Source: Octopus vulgaris (taxonomy: Eukaryota). From it: 64,000 bases of DNA. Under the pieces are notes generated by a model. The model saw nothing but the letters and a program-made list of their open reading frames with translations. It was not told where the DNA came from and did no database searches. Every line of letters begins with the position of its first letter. Position 1 is the first letter of the stretch. The translations under genes were made by a program, and so were the position numbers. Shown one piece after another: positions 13,718-29,417 of the stretch. Location: the NCBI GenBank assembly GCA_951406725.2, contig OX597822.1:47058001-47122000 (forward strand), in the 5' to 3' direction.

Positions 13718-14273
13718 TCTCTCTCCCATTCAAAGGCTGGCGCAAATTTTTTAACAGAAAATTCTTAAACACCCCCTCCTGTATATTTTAATCCTCTTCC
13801 AGCCCAATTTAGATTTCTTTTCACATAAAAATCCAATTTGTATCAACGTAATAATTCACCGTTCAAAAAGACCTGTGGCGGGAATATTTAAACATTTGCG
13901 GCTGTCAACGCTTTCTCTCTATAGATACAGACAGACGTACAGTGAGAGATGTGGTGGGAGAAAGTGTGACAGAGAGACGGCGAAGCTGTCAAACGTCGTT
14001 ATAGAGAGAATGTGAAGGGAAGGAAGGAAAGAGGGAGATGGAGGAAGAGAGGATGATATGCGAAAGAGAAAAACGACAAACACTTGTCAAAGTGTAAGTT
14101 TTGTTGCCCTAATAACCACAGCTTTTGAGATAGGGGCTTCTAGTCTACTCGCTTCCTCGCCTCTTTTTACGTGTCCCTGTAAATTTTGGAGCCAATCCAA
14201 CCCCATCTAGTGCCCCTTAACCCGTTCCAATCCCAAAATGAGACAAACATTTTTCGCATTTCAGCTTTATAGA
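13718..14273 (-). mobile_element. Non-autonomous Helitron, 3'-truncated copy
   Basis: 5' TCTATAAAGCTGAAATGCG on minus strand; homologous to 14690-14768 and 15630-16059. Confidence 0.65.
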
Positions 14274-14279
14274 TATTGA

Positions 14280-16189
<1,910 letters not shown>

Positions 16190-16324
16190 TGTTAACGTGT
16201 GTATGCCGGATGCATTTCAGCCATTTAGAGCCTTTTGAATGGCGTGCACTGGCAACCCGGAATTACATGGTTGCAAAACGAGCTTCGTAACTGCACAGCC
16301 ATGCTTACGCAATTCTTTCTAATT

Positions 16325-16700
16325 TCTGGTGCAAGGCCAACAATTTTTTGAGAAGAGGAAGTCGATTATATCGATCCCGGTGCTCATTTTATCGACCCTA
16401 AAGAGAGAAAATGCAAGGTCGACCTCGGCGGAATTTGAACTCAGAACGTAGTGCAGACGAAATACCGCTAAGCATTTTACCCGGCGTGCTAACGACCCTG
16501 CCCGTTGATCCCCTTAATTAGTAGCAAATTTGAGAAGTGAGGAAGTCAATTACATCGATTCCAGTGTACAACTGGTATTCATTTTATCGACTTCGAAGAA
16601 ATGAAAAGCAAAGCCGACCTCGGCGGAATTTGTACTCAGAACGTAAGGACGGACGTAATATCGATCAGCCTTTGCCCGGAGAGCTAACGGTTCTGTCACT
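16325..16700 (-). mobile_element. Two degenerate family B SINE units
   Basis: gtcgacctcggcggaatttgaactcagaacgt block twice. Confidence 0.75.
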
Positions 16701-17734
16701 CCCCAAATTATTGTAATAAATTATAATAGGAAAATGTTTAAAATTACCGTGAAAATAGCTTCACTTCTTGACTGGCCTCATTCGGTGACAGTAGGTTTCA
16801 ATATGGCCGTCATACATGAAATACGTTTCTTACCCCTAAATACATTGAACACATGTCTTTTATTCTTTAACCACAATACAGCGTTCGAGTGTATGTGTGT
16901 ATCCGTTGTATGTATCCGTTATATACAATAGACGCATTATTAAATTAAAATAGCCATTCTATGTATCATAGTAAAAAATTTGCCTTTCAACGATGTAGTT
17001 ACATTAAATATGATACATCTCTCTCTCTCTTATATATATATATACAGAGAGATGGGGTGGAAGCGTCATCTATGCATCATATTTAATGTAACATATACAC
17101 ACACACACACTTCACATACATATACTTCATATACATATAGATAGGCATTAGTAGGGAGAGAGAGAGTGTGTGTGTGATTGTATTGTGTATACACTTGAGT
17201 GCATTTGTTCTTGTGTCGGTAAGGGGGTCGGTAGATTACGCCTCGGTACACCGATGATGAGTTTGTCACACGCACACACGCACACACTCACACCCTTACA
17301 CGCACGCACGCACACTCACACACAAGCACACATGCACACTTACACACACGTGCTCATCTCTATCCACTGCCAGTCCATAAGTGCGAACATCGTAACAGCC
17401 ACCAAAACACCGAAAGCCTTGAACATCAAAAGCACATCAAACATAATGACGGGTGCTCTATGCGGCCGCTCATCGTGCTAGAAATAGCAACCAAATCTCC
17501 TTTAAATTACATCCTATTGTCTTATAGCATGCTGGATAATGCACTGCCGAGTTCACCACCGATAGGAAAAAGAGGGAATGGCCACGGCAGGAAAGCCTTT
17601 GATCATATTTCAACTCGCTAGAGCTGACACGGGAGTTAAGCAACAACATCAAAGAATATCTCCATCTCCCTCCCTCTCTATTTTTCTCTCTCTCTCTGTT
17701 TCTCTGTCTGTCTGTTTCTCTTTCTCTATCTGTT

Positions 17735-17769
<35 letters not shown>

Positions 17770-17826
17770 GGGGCATTTTTTATTTTTTCTCTCCCCCCCT
17801 CCCTTTCTCTCTTCCTCTATCTTTTA

Positions 17827-18632
17827 TAAGTTGTGCGTTGAAAAAGGATCCATTCTTATTTTTTCCCGCCAAAACTAATGCCACGTTGCCAAAATCCTCT
17901 GCGTGGCATATAACGCAAACCTTTCTGAGCCTGCGTGAAAATTTCCACGCCGGTAAGCCGCGCCAGTTCCTGGCTGTTACGCCTAGAGTACAAACGTGTA
18001 GTGCACGCTCGTCGGATTTTCGTTTGCACACAAGATAGCCAAATGCATCGAGTAGAGACCACAAACCCTTGTTTCATCATAGGTGATGATGGTCTTCATG
18101 AATGTTGGGTCGTGGTTTGCTCAGTCCAACATGTCCTGAGTGATTTCCATGCGAAGTTGCTTTCTCTGCTCTGCTAGCACCCGAGGACGAATTTCGCCGA
18201 CACTCCGCGTGTACAAATCCTCCGTTAAAATGAGATGCACTGATCTTTTGCTTATTCCTACTTCGTGAGGAATTTCCTGGATTGTTACACGACGGTCTTC
18301 TATGGCTATTTGCCAAACCCTCTCAATCGGCTCCTCGTTTCGCCTTGGGAATTGCCTACCAGAGTGTATCCCGCTCTCCACTGAGGTACAGATATGTTTG
18401 AAGCGTTTGTATCATCGCCAAAGGCCTACTAAATCTTCTTGATGGCTTGAGCTTTTGGCAAAACTTGATATAATATTTCTGCTCGATGCGTTGGGTGAAA
18501 CCGAAAATCCGACAAGTGTGCACAACACATCTGTACACTCTAGACGTAACAGCTGAGAACTAACGCAGGAAGGGTGGCGTCATCTCCCACCCGTAAGATT
18601 TTGCCCACGGATCCTTTTTGAACATTCCTCAT
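17827..18632 (-). mobile_element. Decayed mariner element with duplicated, inverted 5' end
   Basis: TIR core GTT(C/G)AAAAAGGATCC; minus frames EQKYYIKFCQKL, EDRRVTIQEI..VGISKRSVHLILTEDL, KTIITYDET (cf. ITGDETW). Confidence 0.85.
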
Positions 18633-18749
18633 ATATATGTGTGTATGCGTGCAAGCGTGTGTATGTGTGTGTGTGTGTGTATACATATATACACTAAGAT
18701 ACATATGCACACATACATAAACACATATATACATAGACAGCTATAAAGG

Positions 18750-19012
18750 TTGCACTCCGATTAACGGGAAAACCTGCTCGTGAAATTAGCGCTAAAGTAG
18801 TTGAGCACTCCACAGACACGCGTAACCTTAACATAGTTCTCAGGGAGATTCAACGTGACAAGGTTGGCCCTTTGAAATACAGGTACTATTCTGTTTTGCC
18901 ACCAGAGTAGGCTGAAGAAACGTGAAATAAAGTGTCTTGCTCAAGGAAACAACACCGGAAATCGAACTCACGACCGCGATCCGAATACCCTAATCGTTAA
19001 GCCACGCGCCTT
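18750..19012 (-). mobile_element. SINE of the 3098-3420 type
   Basis: gaaataaagtgtcttgctcaag CORE-like block plus C-type tail. Confidence 0.7.
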
Positions 19013-19015
19013 GTC

Positions 19016-19074
<59 letters not shown>

Positions 19075-19352
19075 TAGAAACAACTTTATGACATCTGAAG
19101 AAACTCAATTTATTTTAAAGCTCGGGGTCGCGTCAGACCCTGTAAGTGGAACAGAATATGCGGAAACTATGCAGAGACCCATCTGGGACTGATAGTCTCT
19201 GAAATGCAAAAAGTACTGCCTTAGAATTTCGTTAAGAATGCATGTTTGTGGAATATTCAACCATCTATATGCTAAGTCAATCAGTTGATCAATTAACTGA
19301 ATGCTCGTCGTTGAATGACGGAGATCCGGTACCATTATCTGTCTGTCTGTCA

Positions 19353-19420
<68 letters not shown>

Positions 19421-19501
19421 GCTTGCCTGTCTGTCTGTCTATCTATCTGTTTGTGTGTGTATTTGTATATGTATGTATGTATGCATGTATGTCTCTCCCT
19501 A

Positions 19502-19576
<75 letters not shown>

Positions 19577-19740
19577 GTGCGCGCGCGTGTAATACAATAG
19601 AAATAGTTTCTCCTGATAATTTTTTTCCACTTTAATTCGATGTTTACAAATCGTAATGTGTTTACTACTTATTTTATGTATGTATATATATGTATATATA
19701 TGTATGTATGTATATATGTATGTATATATGTATATATATG

Positions 19741-19817
<77 letters not shown>

Positions 19818-20220
19818 CACAATGCAACAACAACAACAACAACAACATAACGCAACATGACATACTGACATAAAAGTAAGCAGGTGTTTTCAAGCAGACG
19901 ACTGGAACCGAAGCTACAACTATTTTTGCGCCTGTGCGCATGCGTCAAATTCTATTGCCAGGTCAGCACAGTTCACTCATCGCTCTGGTATGTGGATGTT
20001 TGTAGGTTAATGTTTCGGTACTATGTGACGACGATCCCCTTGTCTCTTGTAGTCCTCGTGGTTGTTGTTTTCTATTCTCAATCCGCCATGGGATGTTAGT
20101 GGGTGTGTGTGTGTGTGTGTGTGGTGTATATTTTTAACAACTGAATTAACACACAATCACACAACATACTCGCGCAAATACACCAGCTGTGGCATCTAAC
20201 CACAAATATGCACTCCTTTG

Positions 20221-20265
<45 letters not shown>

Positions 20266-20349
20266 GTAGTAGTAGTAGTAGTAGTAGTTTAAAGTGAAGA
20301 TCAAATAATGCATATGTTTAATTAGGAAATGATGACCGTCCCTAAATAT

Positions 20350-20394
<45 letters not shown>

Positions 20395-21349
20395 TAGAGA
20401 GAGAGAGAGAGAGAGATAGTTAGATAGATAGATAGATACATACATACATACATACATACACACATACATACATACATACATACATACATACATACATACA
20501 TACACATATATATATATATGTTTATTTATTTATTTATTTATACATTGTGTATGTATGTAGTAGAACATTAAATATGGGTGCAGGGGTGATTATACTTTTA
20601 AAAAAACGAACTCGGGAAAGTACAGGACTGGAAGTGTAAGCTTAGATATTGCAGATGAAGTTGGAATGTTAATTCGAATCGTATGCCTGTTGGTTGGGTT
20701 TCAGATTGAGGAGCGGGGAGTAAAAATAGAGGGGAGAAGAAGAGCAGGGTTCGCTTAAACTGCATAATGGTAATGTGGTTAAATTACAAATATTAACCAC
20801 ACGTGCTATTTTCAGGATATTGACAACTAAATGTGCAGTCACACACTTCTAAATCCTATGTTTCCCTGACTGAGTAAAAATGATCAAACTTTAAACCTCT
20901 ATAACTTTTTGAAAACATTTTTCTAGAAAAAGTTAAGTAGCTCCAGCAATTCAGCTTGAAAAAGTATATTATTGTGCCAAATTTTAAAATTCTCGATAAA
21001 CTTTAATTTTTGAAATGTTGGCAGTCAAACTAACGAGATCCGAGCCATTTTCTTTCCGATGTACTATCTTCTCACGTGTATGTCTGAGGTCATACTCAAC
21101 CGTTTATGCTGAGTTTGAGCGAGGTAAATCAAATTTTGTGCACTTAGAGGAAGGAAAGTTTGCAGGTCATGCTTTATACAAGACATGAGTTAAAGTAAAA
21201 GAACCTCTTTTTTAAAAAAAAATTTCGTTGTTTCAATCATTCAACTGCGGCCATATTGGTTCACGCCTTAAAGAATTTGCAGACGAATGAATTGTACTTG
21301 GTACTTGTAATTCTTCTTTTTAGTGGTCGCGGGGAACAAACACAAGCAG

Positions 21350-21392
<43 letters not shown>

Positions 21393-21949
21393 CGCACCAC
21401 TCGGATGCTTTCCTGAGGTTTGGTAAGAAGTCTCTTCAAATGTCAAGAATCTTTCTTTGGATTCTGGTAGAATGCAGGATGGCATTTTTTTTTTCAGGTC
21501 GACAGTGCTAGTCTCAATTCCATCCCATCCCAACCCCAACACCAGCAGTTTATGTATTGTATTGATGCACCAATTACTACAGAAACAATTTTCATCTCTA
21601 TGTTTCACAATGTCTTCGTGCCTCTGGCTAGATTCTGATATTTCTCTGTTACTTTGATATCCACTCTATTACCAAGTCTATGATCTTAAACTTTAGTTTC
21701 TATTCCCTACGATCATGCCTAGTCTTCTTGCTTAAAATCCTGTCATTATCATTCGCCATATCAGCCTCTAACTCGTGTTTTTACCGGTTTTTCTGAAAGA
21801 GTGTATTGGGATGTTTGACATACCTACTTCTATGTTCTTTCTGTGCTAACTTACTGCACTCACTTAGGAGATGGTTAATACTTTCATTACCTTTCCTATA
21901 CGTTCTGTGTTTGCTGTCTGCCTGAGTTTTATCAACCTTTGCCTTTATC

Positions 21950-23900
21950 AAGTTAGTTCTATTAGTTTCCTCCCTAACAACTATAATCAGTGATTCAGTT
22001 TTTCATTTGTTAACCACAACCAACATTCTCAGTTTGTTATATAAATTGGGCATGTAATTCCTTCTCTTTTCAGCTATATGCCTTTTGTCGTTTTCCCTAC
22101 TGTTTCTGAATTCTTTTACCATTTCAGTGACTTCTTTGTTGTTTCAGGCTGCAGATAATATTCTCTGTTCACTACGCACAATATAGTTTTTCAAAGCGAA
22201 CATCACAGTACTGACGGTCTCTTCTGCATTTAACAGTCTTCTGCTTTTTTTCCTTTCTGGGTAAGTAGAGCCTGCCAATATTATTTTTAGGGAGGAATAC
22301 GTTATCCATTATAGGAAGCTTTCTAGTTCTTCTATTTAATTCCTGTTGCTCTGTCTTTGTCCACTTTAGAAAAGGAAGAGAGTATCTCGAAACTCTGACA
22401 TGGCTTACATATCGATAGCCTTGATTGGCATTACTTCCGGTTAGTTCTGTTTTGAGCACCTTCCTAATCTTTCGTTTATACGCTTTGGAGACTCTCTCCC
22501 CCCTCTCTCTCTCATTTCTCTTTCTATTACCTTATCATCCTGTGGCATCCCTAGGGATTTGTATCATTCATTATGTCTCAGCGATCTAATGGTATCAGCT
22601 TATGGTATATTTATATCATCAGATTTGCTAAATCTTTTAACCTCTCTTCATTATTAAAATTCTGTACTTATTCACCCCAAACTACAGATCGATATCCTCG
22701 CGAAAGATTCCTAACTGTTTGAACAAGAAAACCCAGAAATTTTTCATTTACGGTGTATATATTTTGAGATAATCCCAATAATTTATTTTCACAAATGATT
22801 TATTTTCACCTAGCCAAGTTCGTGGACAGGACTGGATTTTCTCAATATGCTTCGCAGATGAGTTAACGCAATAACAAAAAGTAATGGAGAGAGTGAGACA
22901 TATATATATATATATAAAGAGAGAGAGAGAGGGGGTAGAGTGAGAGAGAGATGGGGGGGGGAAGGAGAGGGTGAATTTCCTTTAAATATTCCTTCCGTAG
23001 TTTCACTTTTCCTAATCTACTTTCTCATGTTACATCCACTTCCAATGACCTGAAAGCTGTTTCTAAAAGACTTTTTAATCTTCTCATTGACCCCCGAGTA
23101 TCCTCAGTCACTTCAAAAGCCAATAGTCTACTACATTAACGAATACCTTTAAGAGGTTAATCCAATCAGCAGCTAAGTTCTTTCTTATTCGTATCTCACA
23201 TAATATCAGACTATCAATACACAACAGACCAGCAGTTCTTGACGTTTTTGGTTCTTATGATAATGCATTCTCTTTTTCCGGAAAGCGAAACACTTCATCT
23301 GCTATGAAACCAATTAATAATTTCCAAAGTAATTATAAGCATGTAATAGACCACTAATTATTGACATCCTTTCTCATTTCTTTGTCCTTCTGTATTAAGA
23401 CTATCCTTCTTTTTGTCATCCATGTTGGTGTTCTAATTTCTATACAACCAGTAAAAAACGGTTGTATATAACTCTGCATGCTGGTGAGGCTTTTAACCCA
23501 GAATTCCCGAACACAATCTTGTCCAGAGGCTTTCCAATTTGGTATTTACTTAGGCATCTTCAGTTTCTTTTCTGTAAAAGTTATTATTCTCTTGTTTTAT
23601 TCCATTTTCCAATTTCTCTTTTAAATTTCCGTAACCAGTCCGCTTTCGTGTTATGCTGAACCTCTTTATTCCAAATATCTGAGCGAAAGTTACTTGCTTC
23701 TTCGACATTTGGTGTATCATTCACATGATGTTCATTCTCTTTTCAATGCTTCTGAAGAGCCTCTTCTATTAATTGGTTTATTCTTTGTCGGTACTTGCAT
23801 TCCTTCTTTTTTTTTTTTGTTTTATTAACCTGACGTTGCTTTATTTCTATATTATTTCCTCTTTGACTCTCCGTAACCCCATGTATCTGTTATACTTTAT
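21950..23900 (-). pseudogene. Decayed reverse transcriptase region of an R4/Dong-type non-LTR retrotransposon
   Basis: RYSLPFLKWTKTEQQELNRRTRKL..PKNNIGRLYLPRKE matches the R4-clade post-RT motif; many stops and frameshifts; boundaries approximate. Confidence 0.75.
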
Positions 23901-24084
23901 GTAGAGCTTGTTCCTATGTTATATTTATTTCGGCTTTCTGTACTCCGAGTTCAAATCCCGTCGCGGCCAACTTTGCCTCCATCGACCCGGTGTCCATGAA
24001 ATAAAATATAAATGAATTACTAGGGTCGGTTCAAACGACTAAATCCCTTCCACAAATTTTCTAGTGGGCATCTATCTTTGTAGG

Positions 24085-24246
24085 TGAAGGCGTGGCCAAG
24101 TGTTAAGAAGTCTGCTTCTAAACTACATGGTTCCAAGTTCAGACCCACTGTATGACACCTTGGGCAAATATCTTCTACTATAGACCTGGGCCGACCAACA
24201 ACTTGTGTGAGAATTTGATAAACGGCAACTGAAAGAAGCCCGTCGT
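24085..24246 (+). mobile_element. Family A SINE 5' half
   Basis: A/B box head, ccttgggcaaa, ctgaaagaagcccgtcg. Confidence 0.8.
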
Positions 24247-24455
24247 GTGTGTGTATGTGTGTGGTCTGTGTGTGTGTGGGTGTGTTTGTGTGTGTGTGTA
24301 TATGTGTGTGTGTGTCAGAGTAAGCACGTAAATGTGAAATAAGGTGGAAAAAATAGTGCTCGAATACCGGAGGTAGAGTAATATGCTTTATTAATGAAGC
24401 TGCAAATACATCAGAAAAACAGTTTTTGTGATGTCTTTGCAGCTTCATTAATATA

Positions 24456-24503
<48 letters not shown>

Positions 24504-24518
24504 ATATACACACACACG

Positions 24519-24601
<83 letters not shown>

Positions 24602-24910
24602 TACATATATATCTGTACATGTGTGTCTCTGTTTCGGTGTTTAGATAATATACATGTATACATACATACATTTCTCTGTAAAAGTTATTATTCTCTTGCT
24701 TATGTGTAACACACTGCCTAGATACCAACATTGAGAAAGTAGGCAAACAGACTCACAACATATAAGTACTAGTTTTATTTAATGAGTTATTTCTTCAATA
24801 CATACACATTTTGTTAAAAGAAATATATATGTACTAGTTATATATATATATATATATATATAACAAAACTAGGAGGAAGGGAAGTGGGACGAAACGACGA
24901 ATCGAATCGA

Positions 24911-25163
<253 letters not shown>

Positions 25164-25194
25164 TCAGTCCATGGCTCGAAATAAGGTGAATAAG

Positions 25195-25597
25195 ATCAAA
25201 ATAAGCAACAGGATATCAAGTAGTAATGCAGTACGACCGTTACAAGTGGCTCCATTTAATTGAATAATGCTATCATTACATCAATTTAAATGCAGTGCTA
25301 TCTTCACCTGCGCAAATAAAGAAATGGAATTTTAACAAGTAGGACACATTAATATAATTTTAATATAATTTTAATATAATTTATTTTTCTTGAATACTTT
25401 AACAGAGTAAGAAGATGGAAGAAATTCTTGTTGTCGCTATTGTAGCTCCTCCTACTTGTTAAAATTCCATTTATTTATTTGTGCAGCTGAAAATAGCACT
25501 GCATTGAAATTGATGTAATGATTGCATTGTTCAATTAAATGGAGCCGCCTGAAACGGTTGTACGGCATTACTACTTGATATCCTATTGCTTATTTTG

Positions 25598-25599
<2 letters not shown>
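25195..25599. repeat. 150-bp inverted repeat (arms 25195-25344 / 25450-25599) holding a degenerate canonical type I hammerhead
   Basis: Arms are reverse complements; consensus TGCAG-CTGAAGA...GAAACGGTCGTA-CTGCA. Confidence 0.75.
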
Positions 25600-25665
<66 letters not shown>

Positions 25666-26253
25666 TACACATATGTACATACGTATGTATGTATGTATGT
25701 ATGTATGTATGTATGTATGTATGTATGTATGTATGTATGTACGAGTTTTATTTAATGACTTATTTCTTCAATACGGGCACATCTTGCTAATACACGACCT
25801 ACATTTGTAATAAAATACCAGGTAAGTTATAAATTAATTTGTCGTAGTAGAAAGCTATGTTTAAGGAGGATGCTGGACTGTTCTATTCAGTCGACCTCCT
25901 GATCTCTTGTGACAATGGTTATTAGGGAACAGAAACTATGCAGATACAAACATGAGGCAAATGATATGTTTCAGCTGTATATGCTTTTTTCCCACGTTTA
26001 CTATTTGTTTTCTTCAGCACACATTTTCTCGATCGGCTGAACTGTAGATGCGGTTTACAATCTGATGGTGTTTGTTTTTATTTGAAAAGTGATAAGATAA
26101 TGAAATTAGTGTAATAGAATCGACGTGAGGAATACATTCCGCAGAATATGGTTTAATTTAACAGACCCTTTTCCGTTCACACCTGAAGTATCTTCGCTTA
26201 CCAAAGCTACTAAAATAATACTGATGCGATAAATTATTTAATATAGTTAATAT

Positions 26254-26414
26254 AGGCACAGGCGTGGCTGTGTGGTAAGTAGCTTGCTTACCAACCACAT
26301 GGTTCTGAGTTCAGTCCCACTGCATCGCACCTTGGGCAAGGGTCTTCTACTATAGCCTTGGGCCGACCAAAGCCTTGAGTGGATTTGGTAGACGGAAACT
26401 GAAAGGAGTCCGTC

Positions 26415-26417
<3 letters not shown>
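26254..26417 (+). mobile_element. Family A SINE 5' half
   Basis: Homologous to the reverse complement of 385-548. Confidence 0.85.
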
Positions 26418-26456
<39 letters not shown>

Positions 26457-26932
26457 CAAATACAAAAGATAAACAATACAACGAAGTAGAAATGTTACAG
26501 CAAGAAAGTAGAAAGGCTACTGGATAATTTAGAAAATTTGAACCTGTTTCATTTAGCATTATGAGACAAGTGCAAAAGGATAAACAAAACGACTCCAAAT
26601 CGTGTTGAATGATTTAGAAAATAAATCTTAAATAAAGTGGGATAAATTAAAACAGCTTCAAACGGTGTTTGCATTACTCACAAAAACAAAAAGAGTAGTG
26701 TATATATATCACCGTGGTCACCGTGACCGACCAGGCTATCAGATGTTCTTACACATCGCTGGTCACAATGCGCTTCGCATCGATTAAGAGCATTAGATAC
26801 CTTGGAAGAAAGCAGCGAATGTAAACAAAAACAAGGACGAAAAAAAACGGACAATGTTACACAATATATATATATATATATATATAAACTTACTTGGAGA
26901 ATAAGAAACGACGCGAGGCGCTCAGTCATATT

Positions 26933-27009
26933 ATAACAATTTAACAAATAAAACACATGCATACATACATACGTATATGTACATACCTACATCTATATGT
27001 ATATATACA

Positions 27010-27075
<66 letters not shown>

Positions 27076-27717
27076 TACAGGACACCACAAATAAACGTAG
27101 AACACAACGAGAAACGAAACTATAAAAACAAACAAGGAAACGGACTTTTTTTAACAACGAAAAACAGAGTACAAGACAAACAATACAAGGAATATTCCCC
27201 TTCATCAGCTGCCCCTGGTTCGACTCAATGCGTGTTTCAAAGGTAAGGGCAGAACACGATCCGGCCGAAGCAGTCCTTCCTGCAAAATGAATTAAATAAA
27301 ATTCTTTTGCAGAGGAGCAAAAAAGGAAAGAAAAAAAGAACAGGACGTAAAAGCAATACAAATAAAAATACAGTACACATAAAGAATAAAAACGGGACAA
27401 GGAAACCAACATTGAGGGCTGTTTTTAAGCCTAGACGGTGGAAAAATTCGTTTGAAACACGCATTGAGTCGAACCAGGGGGCAGCTGATGAAGGGGAATG
27501 TTCATTGTATTGTTTGTCTTGTACTCTGTTTTTTCGTTGTTAAAAAAGTCCGTTTCTTTGTTTGTTCTTATGGTTTCGTTTCTCGTTGTGTTCTACGTTT
27601 ATTTGTGGTGTCCAGTACTCATATATATATATATATATGCATGTATATATACATAGAGATGTAGGTTGTACATATACATATGTATGTATGCATATGTTTT
27701 ATTTGTTAAATTGTTAT
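26933..27717. mobile_element. Palindromic non-coding (PLE-like) element, arms 26933-27241 / 27451-27717
   Basis: ~270-310-bp inverted arms embedded in (TA)n; homologous to the direct repeats at 27893-29137. Confidence 0.75.
27195..27258 (-). ncRNA. Putative hammerhead ribozyme with non-canonical strand order
   Basis: CGTGT-T-CTGCCCTT-a-CCTTT-GAA-ACACG-14nt-AGGGGCAG-CTGATGA-AGGGG; stem III 5 bp, stem I 8 bp. Confidence 0.7.
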
Positions 27718-28038
27718 TATATATATATATGTGTGTGGCTGTGTAGTAAGTAGCTTGCTAACCAGCCACATGGTTCCGGGTTCAGTCCCACTGCGTGGCA
27801 TCTTGGGCAAGTGTCTTCTGCTATAGCCCCGGGCCGACCAATGCCTTGTGAGTGGATTTGATAGACGGAAACTGAAAGAAGCCTGTCGCATATATTTTTC
27901 CACTGTTTATATATATATTTTTTACTGTTTATATGTTTGTACTGTCGTTACCGTCTTTCTTTTTTTACCCCTCTGCGAAAAGATCTCAGAATTTTAATTG
28001 ATTTGCTTTTCGCAGGAAGGAAGTTTTCTTCGAAGTAT

Positions 28039-28101
28039 ACGTCTCGCTTTTATCCTTCGAAACGTTTAGTAGATGAAACCTTAGCGACTGAAGAAGGGGA
28101 T
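28039..28101 (+). ncRNA. Putative hammerhead ribozyme with non-canonical strand order (copy 2a)
   Basis: ACGT-C-TCGCT-ttt-ATCCTTC-GAA-ACGT-17nt-AGCGA-CTGAAGA-AGGGGAT; GUC cleavage triplet. Confidence 0.72.
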
Positions 28102-28876
28102 TTTTCGTTGTGCTTATTGTCCTGTATCTCTTTTTTTGCTTGTCTTGTTCCTTGGTTTGTGTCTATGTTTTTCGTCTCTCTATGTGTTCGACGTCTTTTT
28201 GGTGTCCTGTACACATATATGCGTGTATATGTACATGTAGAGGTAGGTACGTACATATATGTTTATATATATGCATATGTTCTATTTTATTAACATATTA
28301 TACGACTAAACGCACGCACCCTATTAAGTAAGATTGTTCTGTTTATCAAGTTAGCCTTGATATTAACTCTCACGCGACTCTGCATCTTTCTTTCTTTCTC
28401 TCCCATTCCCTTTTTCGTCTTTTTTCCCTCACTTAACTTATCTCTTCCTCTCTCTCTCCCCCTCACCGTTCTTCATGGTCTCCTCGCACCATTCCCCTTC
28501 TTCTCTCTCTTCCTCTTGCTCCTCCTCCCCCATTCCCGTCGTCCATCTGCGACGATACTTCCGTCGTAACTGCTATCCTGTCTTTTCTCGCCCGCCTTCT
28601 AAGGCTACTGGTCGACATTCTTTCTCTCTCGTCGTCCACTATAATCCAGCGTTTGCAATACTTTTTTCGTCTGGCGTTAACAGCCCTTCTTATCTTGTTC
28701 TCCTTGTCCTGTCTCTCACTGTTATATATTTATTTTTCCACTGTTTATATATATATTTTTTACTGTTTATATGTTTGTACTGTCGTTACCGTCTTTCTTT
28801 TTTTACCCCTCTGCGAAAAGATCTCAGAATTTTAATTGATTTGCTTTTCGCAGGAAGGAAGTTTTCTTCGAAGTAT

Positions 28877-28939
28877 ACGTCTCGCTTTTATCCTTCGAAA
28901 CGTTTAGTAGATGAAACCTTAGCGACTGAAGAAGGGGAT
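28877..28939 (+). ncRNA. Putative hammerhead ribozyme with non-canonical strand order (copy 2b)
   Basis: Identical to 28039-28101. Confidence 0.72.
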
Positions 28940-29130
28940 TTTTCGTTGTGCTTATTGTCCTGTATCTCTTTTTTTTGCTTGTCTTGTTCCTTGGTTTGTG
29001 TCTATGTTTTTCGTCTCTCTATGTGTTCGACGTCTTTTTGGTGTCCTGTACACATATATGCGTGTATATGTACATGTAGAGGTAGGTACGTACATATATG
29101 TTTATATATATGCATATGTTCTATTTTATT

Positions 29131-29217
<87 letters not shown>

Positions 29218-29417
29218 TTGTTTGTCTGTGTTTGTCCCCCTAGCATTGCTTGACAACCGATGCTGGTGTGTTTACGTCCCCGTAACTTAGCGGTTCGGCA
29301 AAAGAGAACGATAAAATAAGTACTGGGCTTACAAAGAATAAGTCCTGGGGTCAATTTGCTCGACTAAATGCGGTGCTCCAGCATGGCCACAGTCAAAGGA
29401 CTGAAACAAGTAAAAGA

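Larger units (their letters stand above)
27893..29137 (+). mobile_element. Retrozyme-like element: two near-identical ~406-bp direct repeats (27893-28298, 28731-29137) around a ~430-bp pyrimidine-rich spacer
   Basis: Repeats offset by 838 bp, each with a hammerhead-like core; no protein-like ORF. Confidence 0.75.
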
